Source: Rhodospirillales bacterium | GTDB lineage: Bacteria > Pseudomonadota > Alphaproteobacteria > Rhodospirillales > UBA2165 | Direction of reading: 5' to 3' | Length of the DNA: 64,000 nt | Assembly (NCBI GenBank): GCA_030745835.1 | Contig: JASLNU010000077.1 | Span: 4,521 to 68,520 of the forward strand | Shown: positions 1-11,150 of the stretch, piece by piece | How the letters are laid out: the number at the start of each line of letters is the position of its first letter | Numbering within the stretch: position 1 is the stretch's first letter | Program-made: the position numbers and the translations under genes | Notes under the pieces: generated by a model | The model's input: only the letters and a program-made list of their open reading frames with translations | Databases searched by the model: none | What the model was told of the DNA's origin: nothing

Positions 1-54
1 TTTCGCGGCTGGTAAATAGTCCTTTCTGCCATCCACCCTTGCGCGCGGAAGCTT

Positions 55-1887
55 CTATTCCGCCGCTTGCAGATAGGACGCCACGTCGACCTCGTCGATC
101 TGTTCCCTCTTCAAGAAGCGCTTGCCGTATTCCTTGTAGACGCCCGATTGCAGGAACAGTCTGAACAGCTCGCCGTCGATATGGGCGTCCTTTTCCATGA
201 AGCCCATGATCTTCACCGATTCCGACAATTTCTTCGGCGCCTTGTAGGGCCGGTCGGCGGCGGTCAGGGCCTCGAAGATATCGGCGATGGCCATGATCCG
301 CGCCGGCACCGACATGTCGACTTCGGAAAGGCCGCGCGGATAGCCGGTGCCGTCCATCTTTTCGTGGTGGCCGCCGGCATATTCGGGCACCCGTTTCAGG
401 TTGCGCGGAAAGGGCAGGCTTTCCAGCATCTTGATGGTCTGGATCATGTGCTCGTTGATCTTGAAGCGGTCCTCGTCGGTGAGGGTGCCGCGCCCGACGC
501 AAAGATTATAGACCTCGCCGAGATTATATTTCCGCTCCGGCACGCGCATGTTGAAGCCCCAGCGGTTGTCGGGGGCGATCAGGTCCTGGGTTTCGCGCTC
601 GATGATATGATCGGCGCGGTCGGCGAGCAGCTTCTCGGCGACCGGCAATTTGGCTTCCGGTTCCCGCTCCTTGCGCCTGGCCTCGTCATAGGAAATGCCG
701 ATACGGTCGGAAATGGTGCGCGTCCATTCCCGGTTCGCGATCTCCCTGGCGCGCTCGATCCTGTCGTCGGCCATGAACTCGCCGCCGACATTGCATTCGG
801 CGATGAATTCGTAGTCGTCGTCGAGGGCGGCCAGCTTGGCGTCCAGGCCGGCCTTCAGTTTCGCATGGTTGCCGCCGTCCAGGCGCGCCCTCAAGTATTC
901 AATCTCGGCATCGCGCTTCAGGACCTCGAAGCGCATGCGCACCTCGTGGATGCGGTCATAGATGGTCTCCAGCTTGGTTGCCTTGTCGACCACATATTCG
1001 GGCGTCGTCACCTTGCCGCAATCGTGCAGCCACCCCGCGATGTGCAGCTCGTACCATTCGTCCTCGGTCAGCTCGAAATCCTTGAACGGGCCGTCGGTCT
1101 GATCGCAGGCGGCGCGGGCCAGCATCTTGGTCAGTTCGGGCACCCGCTGGCAGTGGCCGCCGGTATAGGGCGATTTGGCGTCGATGGCGCCGGCAATCAG
1201 CTCGATAAAGGCATCGAGCAGCTGTTTCTGCGCCTCCAGCAGCATCTCATTGTCGAGCGACACGGCGGCCTGCGAGGCGAGGGCGTCGATCAGGGGCTCG
1301 ATCTCGGGATCGAAGGCGATCACATCACCGGTTTTCCGGTCGCGCGCGTTGAGCAATTGCATGACGCCGATGACCATGCCCTCATGGTTCTTCAAGGGCA
1401 CCGTCAGGAACGAGGTGGAACGGTAGCCGGAACGCTCATCGAACGCCTTGGTGCCGGAAAAATCATAGCGGCTGGAGGTGTAGGCATCGGCGATATTGAT
1501 GGTATCGCCCGAATTGGCGGCGGCCGATGCGACGTTGTGCATATTGGGCTCGCCGCTGTCATCCAACAGCATCACTTCGGGAAAATCGATGGCGACGCCG
1601 GTGGTGCCGCCCATCGCGATATCCAGGGTATCGTTGCGCAGGATCTGGAAACAAAGGGTATCGGCCTCGGTCTTGAGATAGAGGGTGCCGGCGTCGGCGT
1701 GGGTGAAATCCTTGGCTTCCAGCAGGATGCGCTCCATCAGGCGGTCGTGGTCATGCTCCGCCGAGAGCGCGATACCGAGATCGATCAGGCGCCGGTAGCC
1801 GGCGAATTCGCCGCTCTGGTCGCCATTCGCCCTGCGATCCCGCGAAGCGCCTTCGGAAATATGATTTGAATCCTGTTCCGTGTTCAT
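55..1887 (-). CDS. GAF domain + HD-GYP domain protein (c-di-GMP phosphodiesterase-type signalling protein)
   Basis: 610-aa ORF. The C-terminal half carries the HD (WLHDCGK) and GYP (HHEKMDGTGYPRGL) signatures. The N-terminal half resembles a GAF domain (LLEAKDFTHADAGTLYL). The opposite-strand 600-aa ORF is a GC shadow. Confidence 0.85.
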   Translation of the reverse strand: MNTEQDSNHISEGASRDRRANGDQSGEFAGYRRLIDLGIALSAEHDHDRLMERILLEAKDFTHADAGTLYLKTEADTLCFQILRNDTLDIAMGGTTGVAIDFPEVMLLDDSGEPNMHNVASAAANSGDTINIADAYTSSRYDFSGTKAFDERSGYRSTSFLTVPLKNHEGMVIGVMQLLNARDRKTGDVIAFDPEIEPLIDALASQAAVSLDNEMLLEAQKQLLDAFIELIAGAIDAKSPYTGGHCQRVPELTKMLARAACDQTDGPFKDFELTEDEWYELHIAGWLHDCGKVTTPEYVVDKATKLETIYDRIHEVRMRFEVLKRDAEIEYLRARLDGGNHAKLKAGLDAKLAALDDDYEFIAECNVGGEFMADDRIERAREIANREWTRTISDRIGISYDEARRKEREPEAKLPVAEKLLADRADHIIERETQDLIAPDNRWGFNMRVPERKYNLGEVYNLCVGRGTLTDEDRFKINEHMIQTIKMLESLPFPRNLKRVPEYAGGHHEKMDGTGYPRGLSEVDMSVPARIMAIADIFEALTAADRPYKAPKKLSESVKIMGFMEKDAHIDGELFRLFLQSGVYKEYGKRFLKREQIDEVDVASYLQAAE

Positions 1888-2083
1888 GGCTCTTGTCCTG
1901 TCTTTGGCCTATCCCTGGCCAGCAATGATTTTAGTAAACATGCGGCTCACTATGCGGCAAAACGGTTGCTAAACGATTGCCAACTGGCCGCTAAATTTGG
2001 CCCACTGCCGCCGAAACCCCGGCGCCGTAGACCGCGCCGGCAAGGGTATCGGCGTTCCGGCCCCCGCGCAACAACGGAGGCAA

Positions 2084-2138
2084 AGCCCGCGTGGGGATGG
2101 CCAGGTTGGCCACGCGGGCGTCGATCTTGGCACCTGTT
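2084..2138 (+). repeat. Intergenic repeat family, copy 1 (AGCCCG..TGGGGATGGCC..GGCCA..CGGGCGTCGATCTTGGCACCTGTT)
   Basis: Near-identical to 38525-38582 and related to 17901-17972, 18289-18344 and 20435-20519 (inverted). Followed by GGTATGAAACGGTA (2148-2161), whose reverse complement is at 18159-18172. Confidence 0.6.
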
Positions 2139-2312
2139 CTTGAAGGGGTATGAAACGGTATGAAAGTACTGGTCAATTTTCCGGAAATATCTCGCACGAG
2201 GAAATGCGCCCTGTACACGGCGGGGTTGCCGGTGGCGGCAACGCAGTTGTGCTTGACGCGGGCGGGCTGATTCTAGTGAATAGCCCAGGCAACTAATCCG
2301 GGACGGACTCCG

Positions 2313-3827
2313 ATGGCGGACAAAAACTTACGGGATTTCATGGCGCGGCTGGAAGCCGCCGGCGAGCTGGTGCGGGTGTCGGAGCCGGTGTCGCCGGTTT
2401 TGGAAATGACCGAGATTCAGACCCGGCTGCTGGCCGAGGGCGGGCCCGCCGTGTTGTTCGAAAACGTCGTCGGCGAGGACGGCCGCAAATACGATATGCC
2501 GATGCTGGTCAATCTGTTCGGCACCGTCAGGCGCGCCGCCTGGGGCATGGGGCGGGAGCCCGATAGTTTAAGGGAATTGGGCGAGACCCTGGCCTTCCTG
2601 CGCCAGCCGGAACCGCCGGGCGGTTTCAAGGAAGCGGTCGGCATGCTGCCGCTGGTCAAGACGGCGCTCTCGATGCGCCCGAAAACGGTGAGCGCCGCGC
2701 CCTGCCAGGAAGTGGTCTGGGAGGGCGATGAGATCGATCTCGGCCGCCTGCCGATCCAGACCTGCTGGCCCGGCGAGCCGGCGCCGCTGATCACCTGGCC
2801 CTTGGTGGTAACGCCGAAGCCGGGCGAGGCTGATGCCGACAATTTCAACATCGGCATCTACCGCCTGCAGGTGACCGGCCCGGACACCACCTATGTGCGC
2901 TGGCTGAAGCACCGGGGCGGCGCCCAGGCGCACGCCGCGCAAGGTGCGCAATCGGCGGAGCCGCTGCCCGCCGCCGTCGTCATCGGCACCGATCCGGCGA
3001 CCATCCTGGCCGCCGTCGCGCCGGTGCCCGACACCATGAGCGAATACCAGTTCGCCGGCCTGTTGCGCGGCGACCGGGTGGCGCTGACCGAATGCAAGAC
3101 GGTGCCGATTAAAGTCCCGGCCGAGGCCGAGATCGTCATCGAGGGGCATGTGTCGCTGACCGAAACCGGCGACGAGGGACCCTATGGCGATCACACCGGC
3201 TATTTCAACGCCGTCGATAAATTCCCGGTGTTCAAGATCAGCGCCATCACCATGCGCCGCGACGCCATCTATTTGTCCACCTTCACCGGGCGGCCGCCGG
3301 ACGAGCCCTCGGTGCTGGGCGAGGCGTTGAACGATGTCTTCGTGCCTTTGTTGATCCAGCAGTTCCCGGAAATCGTCGATTTCTGGCTGCCGCCCGAGGG
3401 CTGTTCCTACCGCCTTGCCGTCGTTTCGATCAAGAAAACCTATCCCGGCCAGGCCAAGCGCATGATGATGGCGGTCTGGTCCTATCTGCGCCAGTTCCTC
3501 TATACCAAGGTGGTGATCATCGTTGACGACGACATCGATGTGCGCAGCTGGAAAGACGTGATCTGGGCCATCACGACGCGCATGGACCCGGTGCGCGACG
3601 TCACCCTGGTCGACGGCACGCCGATCGATTACCTGGACTTCGCCTCGCCCGAGCCCGGCCTCGGCGGCAAGATGGGGCTCGATGCAACCAACAAGTTGCC
3701 GCCCGAAACCAGCCGCGAATGGGGCGTCAAGCTGCGCATGAGCGACGCGGTGATCGCCAAGGTCGATGAAATGTGGGACAAGCTTGGCCTGCCGGGAAGC
3801 GGCAAAGACATCTGGAAGGGAGACTGA
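2313..3827 (+). CDS. ubiD: UbiD-family (prenylated-FMN dependent) aromatic acid decarboxylase
   Basis: 504 aa. The N-terminus [30 protein letters not shown]...AVLFENV and the length are typical of UbiD (3-octaprenyl-4-hydroxybenzoate carboxy-lyase). Confidence 0.85.
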   Translation: MADKNLRDFMARLEAAGELVRVSEPVSPVLEMTEIQTRLLAEGGPAVLFENVVGEDGRKYDMPMLVNLFGTVRRAAWGMGREPDSLRELGETLAFLRQPEPPGGFKEAVGMLPLVKTALSMRPKTVSAAPCQEVVWEGDEIDLGRLPIQTCWPGEPAPLITWPLVVTPKPGEADADNFNIGIYRLQVTGPDTTYVRWLKHRGGAQAHAAQGAQSAEPLPAAVVIGTDPATILAAVAPVPDTMSEYQFAGLLRGDRVALTECKTVPIKVPAEAEIVIEGHVSLTETGDEGPYGDHTGYFNAVDKFPVFKISAITMRRDAIYLSTFTGRPPDEPSVLGEALNDVFVPLLIQQFPEIVDFWLPPEGCSYRLAVVSIKKTYPGQAKRMMMAVWSYLRQFLYTKVVIIVDDDIDVRSWKDVIWAITTRMDPVRDVTLVDGTPIDYLDFASPEPGLGGKMGLDATNKLPPETSREWGVKLRMSDAVIAKVDEMWDKLGLPGSGKDIWKGD

Positions 3828-3833
3828 ACGCGC

Positions 3834-5171
3834 ATGTCCGGGGAAATGCTGGAAATTCTGCAAGGCCTGCTGGCCCGCGCCAAAAAGGCCGGCGCCGACG
3901 CCGGCGACGCGGTCCATATCGAAAGCCGCTCGCTGTCGGTGGGCCAGCGCTTAGGGGAGCCGGAAAAGCTGGAGCGTTCGGAAAGCGCCGATGTCGGTTT
4001 GCGCGTTTTCGTTGGCAAGAAGCAGGCCATCGTTTCGTCTTCGGACATCGCCGAGGAGACCCTCGCTGAATTGGCGGAACGGGCCGTCGCCATGGCCCGC
4101 GCGGTGCCCGAAGACCCCTATTGCGGGCTCGCCGAGCCCGGTCAATTGGCCACCGATATTCCGGCCCTCGATATGTGCGATCCCGCCGAGCCCAACGCTG
4201 AAACCCTGATCGATTGGGCCAACCGGGCCGAGGACACGGCGCGCGCCGTCGAGGGGGTCAGCAATTCAGAAGGCGCCGAGGCGGGCTGGGGCCGGGCCCA
4301 GGTTTCGGTGATCGCCAGCAACGGCTTTTCACAATCCTATGCCGGCTCCCACTATTCCCTGAGCGCCTCGGTGCTGGCCGGCAGCGGCACCGGGATGGAG
4401 CGCGATTACGATTACACCGGCGCCGTCTATGGCGGCGATCTGGAAACCCCGGAAGAGATCGGCCAAAACGCCGGGGAGCGCACCGTCAAAAGGCTGAACC
4501 CGAAGAAAGTAGCGAGCGGCCAGGTGCCCATCGTCTATGATCCGCGCGTATCCAGGAGCCTGGTCAACCATTTCGCCAACGCCATCAACGGCGCCGCCAT
4601 CGCCCGCGAAACCAGTTTCCTGAAGGATTGCATGGACCAGCGGATATTCCCCGCGACGGTCAATATCATCGACGATCCGCACCGCCACCGGGGCCTCCGC
4701 TCGAAACCCTTCGACGGCGAAGGCGTCGCCAACAAGCGCCGCAATGTGATCGAGGCGGGCACCCTGACCACCTGGTTCCTGGATCTGCGCTCGGCGCGGC
4801 AATTGGGGCTGGAAACCACCGGGCACGCGTCCAGAGGCGCCGGCTCGCCGCCCTCGCCCTCGGCATCCAACCTTTACATGGACAACGGCGATATCGGCCG
4901 CGATGCGCTATTGAAAGACGTCAAATCGGGCCTCTACGTGACCGAACTGATCGGCTTCGGGGTCAACGGCCTGACCGGCGATTACAGCCGCGGCGCCGCC
5001 GGCTTCTGGATCGAGGATGGCGAACTCGCCTACCCGGTCTCAGAAGTGACCATCGCCGGCAACTTGAAGGACATGTTCCTGGAACTGACCGCCGCCGACG
5101 ACCTGAAACTGCGCTACGGCGTCGATGCGCCGACCTTGCGCATCGACGGCATGACCCTGGCCGGGACTTGA
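3834..5171 (+). CDS. pmbA: PmbA/TldD-family metalloprotease
   Basis: 445 aa. The C-terminal region ...GDYSRGAAGFWIEDGELAYPVSEVTIAGNLKDMF... is characteristic of PmbA/TldD. It starts 6 nt after ubiD. Confidence 0.8.
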   Translation: MSGEMLEILQGLLARAKKAGADAGDAVHIESRSLSVGQRLGEPEKLERSESADVGLRVFVGKKQAIVSSSDIAEETLAELAERAVAMARAVPEDPYCGLAEPGQLATDIPALDMCDPAEPNAETLIDWANRAEDTARAVEGVSNSEGAEAGWGRAQVSVIASNGFSQSYAGSHYSLSASVLAGSGTGMERDYDYTGAVYGGDLETPEEIGQNAGERTVKRLNPKKVASGQVPIVYDPRVSRSLVNHFANAINGAAIARETSFLKDCMDQRIFPATVNIIDDPHRHRGLRSKPFDGEGVANKRRNVIEAGTLTTWFLDLRSARQLGLETTGHASRGAGSPPSPSASNLYMDNGDIGRDALLKDVKSGLYVTELIGFGVNGLTGDYSRGAAGFWIEDGELAYPVSEVTIAGNLKDMFLELTAADDLKLRYGVDAPTLRIDGMTLAGT

Positions 5172-5204
5172 CGCCGCTCCGCACCCAAATCGAGAGGTAA
5201 TTCC

Positions 5205-5492
5205 ATGGCGCTGGACAAGGACGCCGTTGCATCAATCGCCAGGCTGGCGCGCATCCGTATCGAAGATGGCGAGCTGGAAACCCTGGCCTTTGAGCTGTCC
5301 CACATCCTCGGCTGGATCGAGCAGTTGGAGGAAGTGGACACCTCGAATGCCGAGCCGATGACCAGCGTCACCGAAATGGACTGGCCGAAGCGCCAAGACA
5401 AAGTGACCGACGGCGACTATGCGGACCGGATACTGGCCAACGCCACCGATCGGTTGGGCCAATTCTATACCGTGCCCAAGGTCGTCGAATGA
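5205..5492 (+). CDS. gatC: Asp-tRNA(Asn)/Glu-tRNA(Gln) amidotransferase subunit C
   Basis: 95 aa ([15 protein letters not shown]...). Its stop overlaps the gatA start (ATGA at 5489-5492). Confidence 0.9.
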   Translation: MALDKDAVASIARLARIRIEDGELETLAFELSHILGWIEQLEEVDTSNAEPMTSVTEMDWPKRQDKVTDGDYADRILANATDRLGQFYTVPKVVE

Positions 5493-6967
5493 GTTCCGAA
5501 CTGACAAGTTTGGGCGTATCCGAGGCCCGGGCCGGGCTGGCCGCCGGGGACTTCACCTCGGAAGAGCTGACCCGCGCCAATCTAGCCGCCATCGAAGCCA
5601 GGCGCGGGCTCAACATATTTATCACCGAAACGCCGGAGATCGCCATCGACCGCGCCCGCCAATCCGATGCTAGGCGCGCCGGCGGCGAAACCATCGGCCC
5701 GATGGACGGCGTGCCGATCGCGGTCAAGGATCTGTTCTGCACCGAAGATGTCCTGACCACCGCCGCGTCGCACATCCTCGATGGTTTCACGCCGCCTTAC
5801 GAATCCACCATATCGGGCAATCTGCGCGCCGCCGGCGCGGTGATGCTGGGCAAGACCAATATGGACGAGTTCGCCATGGGCTCGGCCAATGTCACCAGCC
5901 ATTACGGGGCCGTGAAAAATCCATGGAAGCTGGCCGACGGCAAGGACCGGGTGCCGGGCGGCTCGTCCGGCGGCTCGGCGGCGGCGGTGGCGGCGAACAT
6001 GGCGAGTTGCGCCATCGGCTCCGACACCGGCGGCTCGATCCGCCAGCCGGCGTCGTTCTGCGGCATCGTCGGCATGAAGCCGACCTATGGCCGCTGCTCG
6101 CGCTGGGGCATGGTGGCCTTCGCCTCGAGCCTCGATCAGGCCGGACCGATGAGCAAATCTGTCGCCGACGCCGCCATCATGCTCGGCGCCATGGCCGGCC
6201 ATGATGACAAGGATTCGACCAGCGCCGATAAGCCGGTGCCCGATTTCAGCGCCGCCCTCGGCCAGGACCTCAAGGGCCTCCGCGTCGGCATCCCGGCGGA
6301 ATACCGGATGGACGGCATGGCCCGGGAGATCGAGGATTTATGGCAACAGGGGACCCAATGGCTCAAGGATGCCGGCGCCGAGCCGGTCGAGGTGTCGCTG
6401 AAACACACCAAATATGCGCTGCCGGCCTATTATATCGTGGCGCCGGCGGAGGCCTCCTCCAACCTCGCCCGCTATGACGGGGTGCGCTACGGCCTCCGCG
6501 TCGAGGGTGAGGATTTGACCGATATGTACGAGGCCACGCGCGGCCAGGGCTTCGGCGCCGAGGTGCGCCGCCGGGTGATGATCGGCACCTATGTGCTGAG
6601 CGCCGGCTATTACGATGCCTATTACGTCAAGGCGCAGAAGGTGCGGACGCTGATCCTCGGGGAATTCCAGGATGCCTTCGAAGATGTCGATGTATTATTG
6701 ACCCCGACGACGCCCTACCCGGCCTTCGCCATCGGCGAAAAAATGGACGATCCGGTGCAGATGTATCTCAACGACGTATTCACGGTGCCGGCCAGCCTCG
6801 CCGGCCTGCCCGCCATTTCGGTGCCGGGCGGGCTGTCCGCGGAAGGCTTGCCGCTCGGCCTGCACCTGATCGCCAAGCCCTGGGACGAACAAACCCTGTT
6901 CCGCGCAGCGGAAGTTTTGGAACGCGCCGCTGGCTTCGATGCCACGCCGCCCGGCGCCGTCGGGTGA
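5489..6967 (+). CDS. gatA: Asp-tRNA(Asn)/Glu-tRNA(Gln) amidotransferase subunit A
   Basis: 492 aa with the amidase signature [13 protein letters not shown]...[16 protein letters not shown]. Confidence 0.95.
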   Translation: MSSELTSLGVSEARAGLAAGDFTSEELTRANLAAIEARRGLNIFITETPEIAIDRARQSDARRAGGETIGPMDGVPIAVKDLFCTEDVLTTAASHILDGFTPPYESTISGNLRAAGAVMLGKTNMDEFAMGSANVTSHYGAVKNPWKLADGKDRVPGGSSGGSAAAVAANMASCAIGSDTGGSIRQPASFCGIVGMKPTYGRCSRWGMVAFASSLDQAGPMSKSVADAAIMLGAMAGHDDKDSTSADKPVPDFSAALGQDLKGLRVGIPAEYRMDGMAREIEDLWQQGTQWLKDAGAEPVEVSLKHTKYALPAYYIVAPAEASSNLARYDGVRYGLRVEGEDLTDMYEATRGQGFGAEVRRRVMIGTYVLSAGYYDAYYVKAQKVRTLILGEFQDAFEDVDVLLTPTTPYPAFAIGEKMDDPVQMYLNDVFTVPASLAGLPAISVPGGLSAEGLPLGLHLIAKPWDEQTLFRAAEVLERAAGFDATPPGAVG

Positions 6968-6977
6968 GGAGCAACCC

Positions 6978-8429
6978 ATGACCTATCTAATCGAAGGCGA
7001 AAGCGGCGATTGGGAGGTGGTGATCGGGCTCGAGGTGCATGCCCAGATCACCTCCGAGGCGAAGCTGTTTTCCGGTGCCGCCACCGCCTTTGGCGCCGAG
7101 CCCAACAGCCAGGTCTCCTTGGTCGACGCGGCGATGCCGGGCATGCTGCCGGTGATCAACGAGCATTGCGTCGCCCAGGCGGTGAAAACCGGCCTCGGCC
7201 TCAACGCCGAGATCAACCTGCATTCGGTGTTCGAGCGTAAAAACTATTTTTATCCGGACCTGCCGCAAGGCTATCAGATTTCGCAATTCCAGTACCCGGT
7301 GGTCGGCGCCGGCGTGGTGGTCCTGGACATGCCGGAGGGGCTGCGGGAGATCGGTATCGAGCGGCTGCACATGGAACAGGATGCGGGCAAGTCGCTGCAC
7401 GATCAGGACCCGAAGCGCACTTTTATCGATCTCAACCGGTCGGGCGTGGCGCTTATGGAAATCGTCTCCAAGCCGGACCTCCGGAGCCCGGACGAGGTCG
7501 GCGCCTATTTGCGCAAACTGCGGGCGATCTTGCGTTATCTCGGCACCTGCGACGGCAATATGGAACAAGGGAGCTTGCGCTGCGACGCCAATGTCAGCGT
7601 CCGTCATCCGGGGGAAGAGCTGCGGACGCGCGCCGAGATCAAGAACGTCAATTCGGTGCGCTTCGTGATGCAGGCCATCGAGTTTGAGGCCAGGCGCCAG
7701 GTCGAATTGTACGAAGACGGCGGCGAGGTTACCCAGGAAACCCGGCTGTATGATCCGAATACCGGCGAGACCCGCTCCATGCGCTCGAAAGAGGAAGCCC
7801 ACGACTACCGCTATTTCCCGGACCCGGACCTGCTGCCCCTCGACATTACCCAGGACTTTGTCGACGAAATTTCGGCGACGCTGCCGGAATTGCCGGACGC
7901 CAAGAAGGCGCGTTTCATCGATGCATACGGCCTGAGCGCCGGGGACGCCGCGCAATTGGTGGCGGAACAGGAAACCGCCGATTATTTCGAGGTCGTGGTG
8001 AGCGCCGGCGGCGACGCCAAACTGGCCGCCAACTGGACCATCCACGAATTGTCGGCGGTGCTTAACAAACAAGGGCTCGATATAGGCGACAGCCCGGTCG
8101 ACGCTGAGGCCCTCGGTAAATTGGTCGGCCTGATCGCCGACGGCACCATTTCGGGGCGTATCGCCAAGGACGTGTTCGAGGTGATGATCGATGAGGGCGG
8201 CGACCCCGAGACCATCGTCGCCGATAAGAGCCTGAAACAGATCACCGATACCGGCGAGATCGAAGCCGTGATCGATCAGGTGATCGCCGACAATCCGGAA
8301 CAGGCCGAACAGTTCCGGGGCGGCAACCCGAAGGTCGGCGGCTGGTTCGTCGGCCAGGTGATGCGGGCCACCGGCGGCAAGGCCAACCCCGCCGCCGTCA
8401 ATGAGCTATTGAAGAAAAAGCTGGGTTGA
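6978..8429 (+). CDS. gatB: Asp-tRNA(Asn)/Glu-tRNA(Gln) amidotransferase subunit B
   Basis: [12 protein letters not shown]..., [16 protein letters not shown] and HMEQDAGK motifs. I place the start at the ATG at 6978, preceded by GAGGA, rather than the track's 6939, which overlaps gatA. Confidence 0.95.
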   Translation: MTYLIEGESGDWEVVIGLEVHAQITSEAKLFSGAATAFGAEPNSQVSLVDAAMPGMLPVINEHCVAQAVKTGLGLNAEINLHSVFERKNYFYPDLPQGYQISQFQYPVVGAGVVVLDMPEGLREIGIERLHMEQDAGKSLHDQDPKRTFIDLNRSGVALMEIVSKPDLRSPDEVGAYLRKLRAILRYLGTCDGNMEQGSLRCDANVSVRHPGEELRTRAEIKNVNSVRFVMQAIEFEARRQVELYEDGGEVTQETRLYDPNTGETRSMRSKEEAHDYRYFPDPDLLPLDITQDFVDEISATLPELPDAKKARFIDAYGLSAGDAAQLVAEQETADYFEVVVSAGGDAKLAANWTIHELSAVLNKQGLDIGDSPVDAEALGKLVGLIADGTISGRIAKDVFEVMIDEGGDPETIVADKSLKQITDTGEIEAVIDQVIADNPEQAEQFRGGNPKVGGWFVGQVMRATGGKANPAAVNELLKKKLG

Positions 8430-8454
8430 GCTGAGCCCCAACTGGGAAAAGCCG

Positions 8455-9189
8455 ATGGCGAGCCCGAAAGACCATTACGATAATTTGCTGGCCGAGCGCT
8501 ATAGCTGGATGTTCGGCGATTTCGATGCGCGCGTGACCGGCGAACGGGAACGCCTGCAAAGCCTCGGCATCGCTCCGATGGACGGCGGGCGCGGCGCCGA
8601 CCTCGGCTGCGGCGCTGGCGTTCACGCCATCGCCCTGGCTGGGCTCGGCTATCAAGTCGAGGCCATCGATTTTTCCGAAACGCTACTGGATGAGCTTGCC
8701 GAACGGCGCGGCGATCTGCCGGTTACGCCGATCCTCGGCGACATGCTGGACGCCGCACGGCTGGTCGATGGGCCGGTGGACGTGGTCCTCTGCATGGGCG
8801 ACACGCTGCCGCACCTGCAAAGCTTGGGCGAGGTGGAACGGCTCTTTGCTGGGTGCGCCGAACTGCTGAAACCCGGCGGGCGCCTGGTCCTCGGCTTCCG
8901 CGATTTGAGCCGTGAAGCGGAAGGCCTCGACCGTTTCATAAGCGTACGCGAGACCGAACACCGCGTCATGACCTGTTTCCTGGAATATGAGGAAGAGCAT
9001 GTGAAGGTGCACGACCTGTTCCACGAATGGCAGGACGGCCATTGGCAGCTGCACAAAAGCATGTACCGGAAATTGCGCTTAGGCCCGGACCGCGCCGCCG
9101 AAATGCTGGCGGCGGCGGGCTTTGAAATGGCGGCGCGCGACGAGACGCGCGGCATGGTGCATCTGGTTGCCGTGCGGCGCCAGGATTAG
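8455..9189 (+). CDS. Class I SAM-dependent methyltransferase
   Basis: 244 aa with motif I ADLGCGAGVHAIALA, then VLCMGDTLPHL and LKPGGRLVLGF. Confidence 0.75.
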   Translation: MASPKDHYDNLLAERYSWMFGDFDARVTGERERLQSLGIAPMDGGRGADLGCGAGVHAIALAGLGYQVEAIDFSETLLDELAERRGDLPVTPILGDMLDAARLVDGPVDVVLCMGDTLPHLQSLGEVERLFAGCAELLKPGGRLVLGFRDLSREAEGLDRFISVRETEHRVMTCFLEYEEEHVKVHDLFHEWQDGHWQLHKSMYRKLRLGPDRAAEMLAAAGFEMAARDETRGMVHLVAVRRQD

Positions 9190-9191
9190 CC

Positions 9192-9305
9192 GTGTCCCGC
9201 CTCAAACCCCACCTCAAGGTTTTCCTCTACGCCGTGATCTTCGGCATGGCCGCCTACGGCGTTATTCAGTTGGGGGTCATGCTGCACCGGTCGATCTTGA
9301 ATTGA
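9192..9305 (+). CDS. Possible 37-aa single-pass membrane peptide (not in the ORF track because it is under 60 aa)
   Basis: GTG start 3 nt after the methyltransferase stop. Translation: (M)SRLKPHLKVFLYAVIFGMAAYGVIQLGVMLHRSILN. It has one hydrophobic helix flanked by basic residues, and codon third positions are mostly G/C as in neighbouring genes. Confidence 0.3.
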   Translation: MSRLKPHLKVFLYAVIFGMAAYGVIQLGVMLHRSILN

Positions 9306-9314
9306 CCCGCAGTT

Positions 9315-11042
9315 CTATTCCTCGCAAAGTCCGGCTTTATGGAGCCCTTCGACGATGCGGCCCCAATCGGCCGGATTTTTGTAAGGCAGTACCCGCGCCT
9401 TTTGCTCGAGGGAGTAATCGGGATTGATCTCGAGAACCTGGCGCCAGATTTCACTTGCGTCGTCGGCGCGCCCGAGATGACCGTAGCAGGAGGCAAGAAG
9501 AACCCTGGAAATATCGGTTTCCGGGTTGCGCCGGATGCGTTGTTGCAGCAAAGGGATGGCGGCCTCAAATTCTCCCTTCAAGGCGTGGGCATGGGCCAAA
9601 AAATGCAGCCAAATGGTATGATGATGGGGATCAAGTCGTATGGCGTTGTTGAGGTTTTCGATAGCCTGGTCATAGTGTCCCGCGTATCCGAGGATATGCC
9701 CGCGCGCGCTCAAGTTCGCTGCATTATTAGGGTCGAGCGCCGTCGCTTGGTTGGCGGCATCAACGGCGCCGTCGATGTCGTGGGACCAGAGCCGGCCCAG
9801 GGCCAGGACACGGTGGGCATCGGCGTCCTGGCCATTGATGCCAACCGCCTCCGCCGCCAGCCGGCAGCCCCGCTCCAGAATCTCCGGCCCCGCGCCGTCC
9901 CAACCGCTCATGAATTGGTTATAGAGCGACATCGCCATTTCCCAGCGCGGCGCCCCGAATTCGGGGTCCAGGGCGATGGATTTTTCGAACATCGCCTGCG
10001 CTTCCCGCGTCGCTTCCGGGGTGAACCGGTAGAGCAGATCGCGGCCCCTCAATAGGTAATCATAGGCTTCCAGATTATCGGTTCCCGGCCCGCCGAGCCG
10101 CGCCTGCTCATCGGGATTGAGCGTCACTTGAAGCGCCTCGATAATATTCCGCGCAACCTCGTCCTGGACGGCGAAGATGTCTTCAAGCTCGCGGTCGTAG
10201 CGGTCCGCCCAAAGATGCGCGCCGTTGGCGCCGTCCACCAATTGCGCCGTGATGCGCACCCGCCCGCCCGCCTTGCGCACGCTGCCTTCGAGCACATAGG
10301 CGACGCCCAGTTCCCTGGCCACCTGGCGGACATCGACTGCCCTGCCCTTATAGGTGAAACTGGAATTGCGGGCGATAACCATCAGCGTCGAGATTTTGGA
10401 CAAATCGGTAATGATGTCTTCGGCAATACCGTCGGAGAAATATTCCTGGGACGCATCGTCGGACAGATTGTCGAAGGGCAGAACGGCGATGGAGGGCCGG
10501 TCGGCGGTTTGAGTTTGTGGCGCCGCCGGCGCGGCGGCAACGGACCCCAGTGCATAGACGCGCACCGGCCTGGAGACATTTTTAACCTCCTGCTCGCCCA
10601 TGTCGCGGTAATCGGCGTCGATGCGGTTGCGCACCGATTCATGGACCATGCCGGAAATACAGATACCGCCGGGCTCGGCCAGGGCTTCGATGCGGGCGGC
10701 TACATTCACCCCCTCGCCGTGGATATCGCGGCCATCGTCGATGATATCGCCGAGATTGACGCCGATGCGGAAATCGAGGCTGCTGGACAGCAGGCCGGCC
10801 TGCAGATCGATGGCGCAGTTGACCGCGTCCTCGACGGTCGGAAATTCGGCCAGGAAGCCGTCGCCGGTCAGCTTGACGACGCGGCCGGAACGGGCACCGA
10901 TGGCCGGCTCAATGACACCGTCGCGGGCCACTTGCCAAGCGGCGACCGTACCTTCGGAATCCTCTTCCATCAGGCGCGTATAGCCGGCCACATCGGCGGC
11001 CAGCACGGCGGCAAGCCGCCGTTGCACAGGCTGATCGCTCAT
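9315..11042 (-). CDS. Class III adenylate/guanylate cyclase fused to a TPR-repeat region
   Basis: 575 aa. The N-terminus LAAVLAADVAGYTRLMEEDSEGT...KLTGDGFLAEF...GEGVNVAARIE is a cyclase catalytic domain. The C-terminal half has repeated TPR-like helices. Confidence 0.85.
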   Translation of the reverse strand: MSDQPVQRRLAAVLAADVAGYTRLMEEDSEGTVAAWQVARDGVIEPAIGARSGRVVKLTGDGFLAEFPTVEDAVNCAIDLQAGLLSSSLDFRIGVNLGDIIDDGRDIHGEGVNVAARIEALAEPGGICISGMVHESVRNRIDADYRDMGEQEVKNVSRPVRVYALGSVAAAPAAPQTQTADRPSIAVLPFDNLSDDASQEYFSDGIAEDIITDLSKISTLMVIARNSSFTYKGRAVDVRQVARELGVAYVLEGSVRKAGGRVRITAQLVDGANGAHLWADRYDRELEDIFAVQDEVARNIIEALQVTLNPDEQARLGGPGTDNLEAYDYLLRGRDLLYRFTPEATREAQAMFEKSIALDPEFGAPRWEMAMSLYNQFMSGWDGAGPEILERGCRLAAEAVGINGQDADAHRVLALGRLWSHDIDGAVDAANQATALDPNNAANLSARGHILGYAGHYDQAIENLNNAIRLDPHHHTIWLHFLAHAHALKGEFEAAIPLLQQRIRRNPETDISRVLLASCYGHLGRADDASEIWRQVLEINPDYSLEQKARVLPYKNPADWGRIVEGLHKAGLCEE

Positions 11043-11150
11043 TTGCTTCCCTGCATGCCCGATTGGACGGGCATTTTATTCCGGCCATTGTAGCGAAAGA
11101 CGCGTCGCTGGCAACGACGGCGACGACGGCGCCTCTGTGCCGCCCGTGTT

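Noticed and set aside
67-1869. 600-aa ORF on the plus strand, antisense to the HD-GYP gene
   Set aside because: It is a Gly/Ala/Arg/Val-rich, low-complexity translation that mirrors the real gene codon for codon. This is the typical shadow ORF of high-GC DNA, and the minus-strand product has clear domain motifs.
2126-2145. Sigma-54 promoter inside the repeat (TGGCAC-N-TTGA at 2128; TGGCAC...TATAT at 38571)
   Set aside because: The -12 element is missing or one nucleotide out of register (GG-N11-GA rather than GG-N10-GC). The TGGCAC is simply part of the repeat consensus.
2568-3917. 449-aa minus-strand ORF overlapping ubiD/pmbA
   Set aside because: Same shadow-ORF pattern, with no motifs. 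The plus-strand genes are unambiguous.
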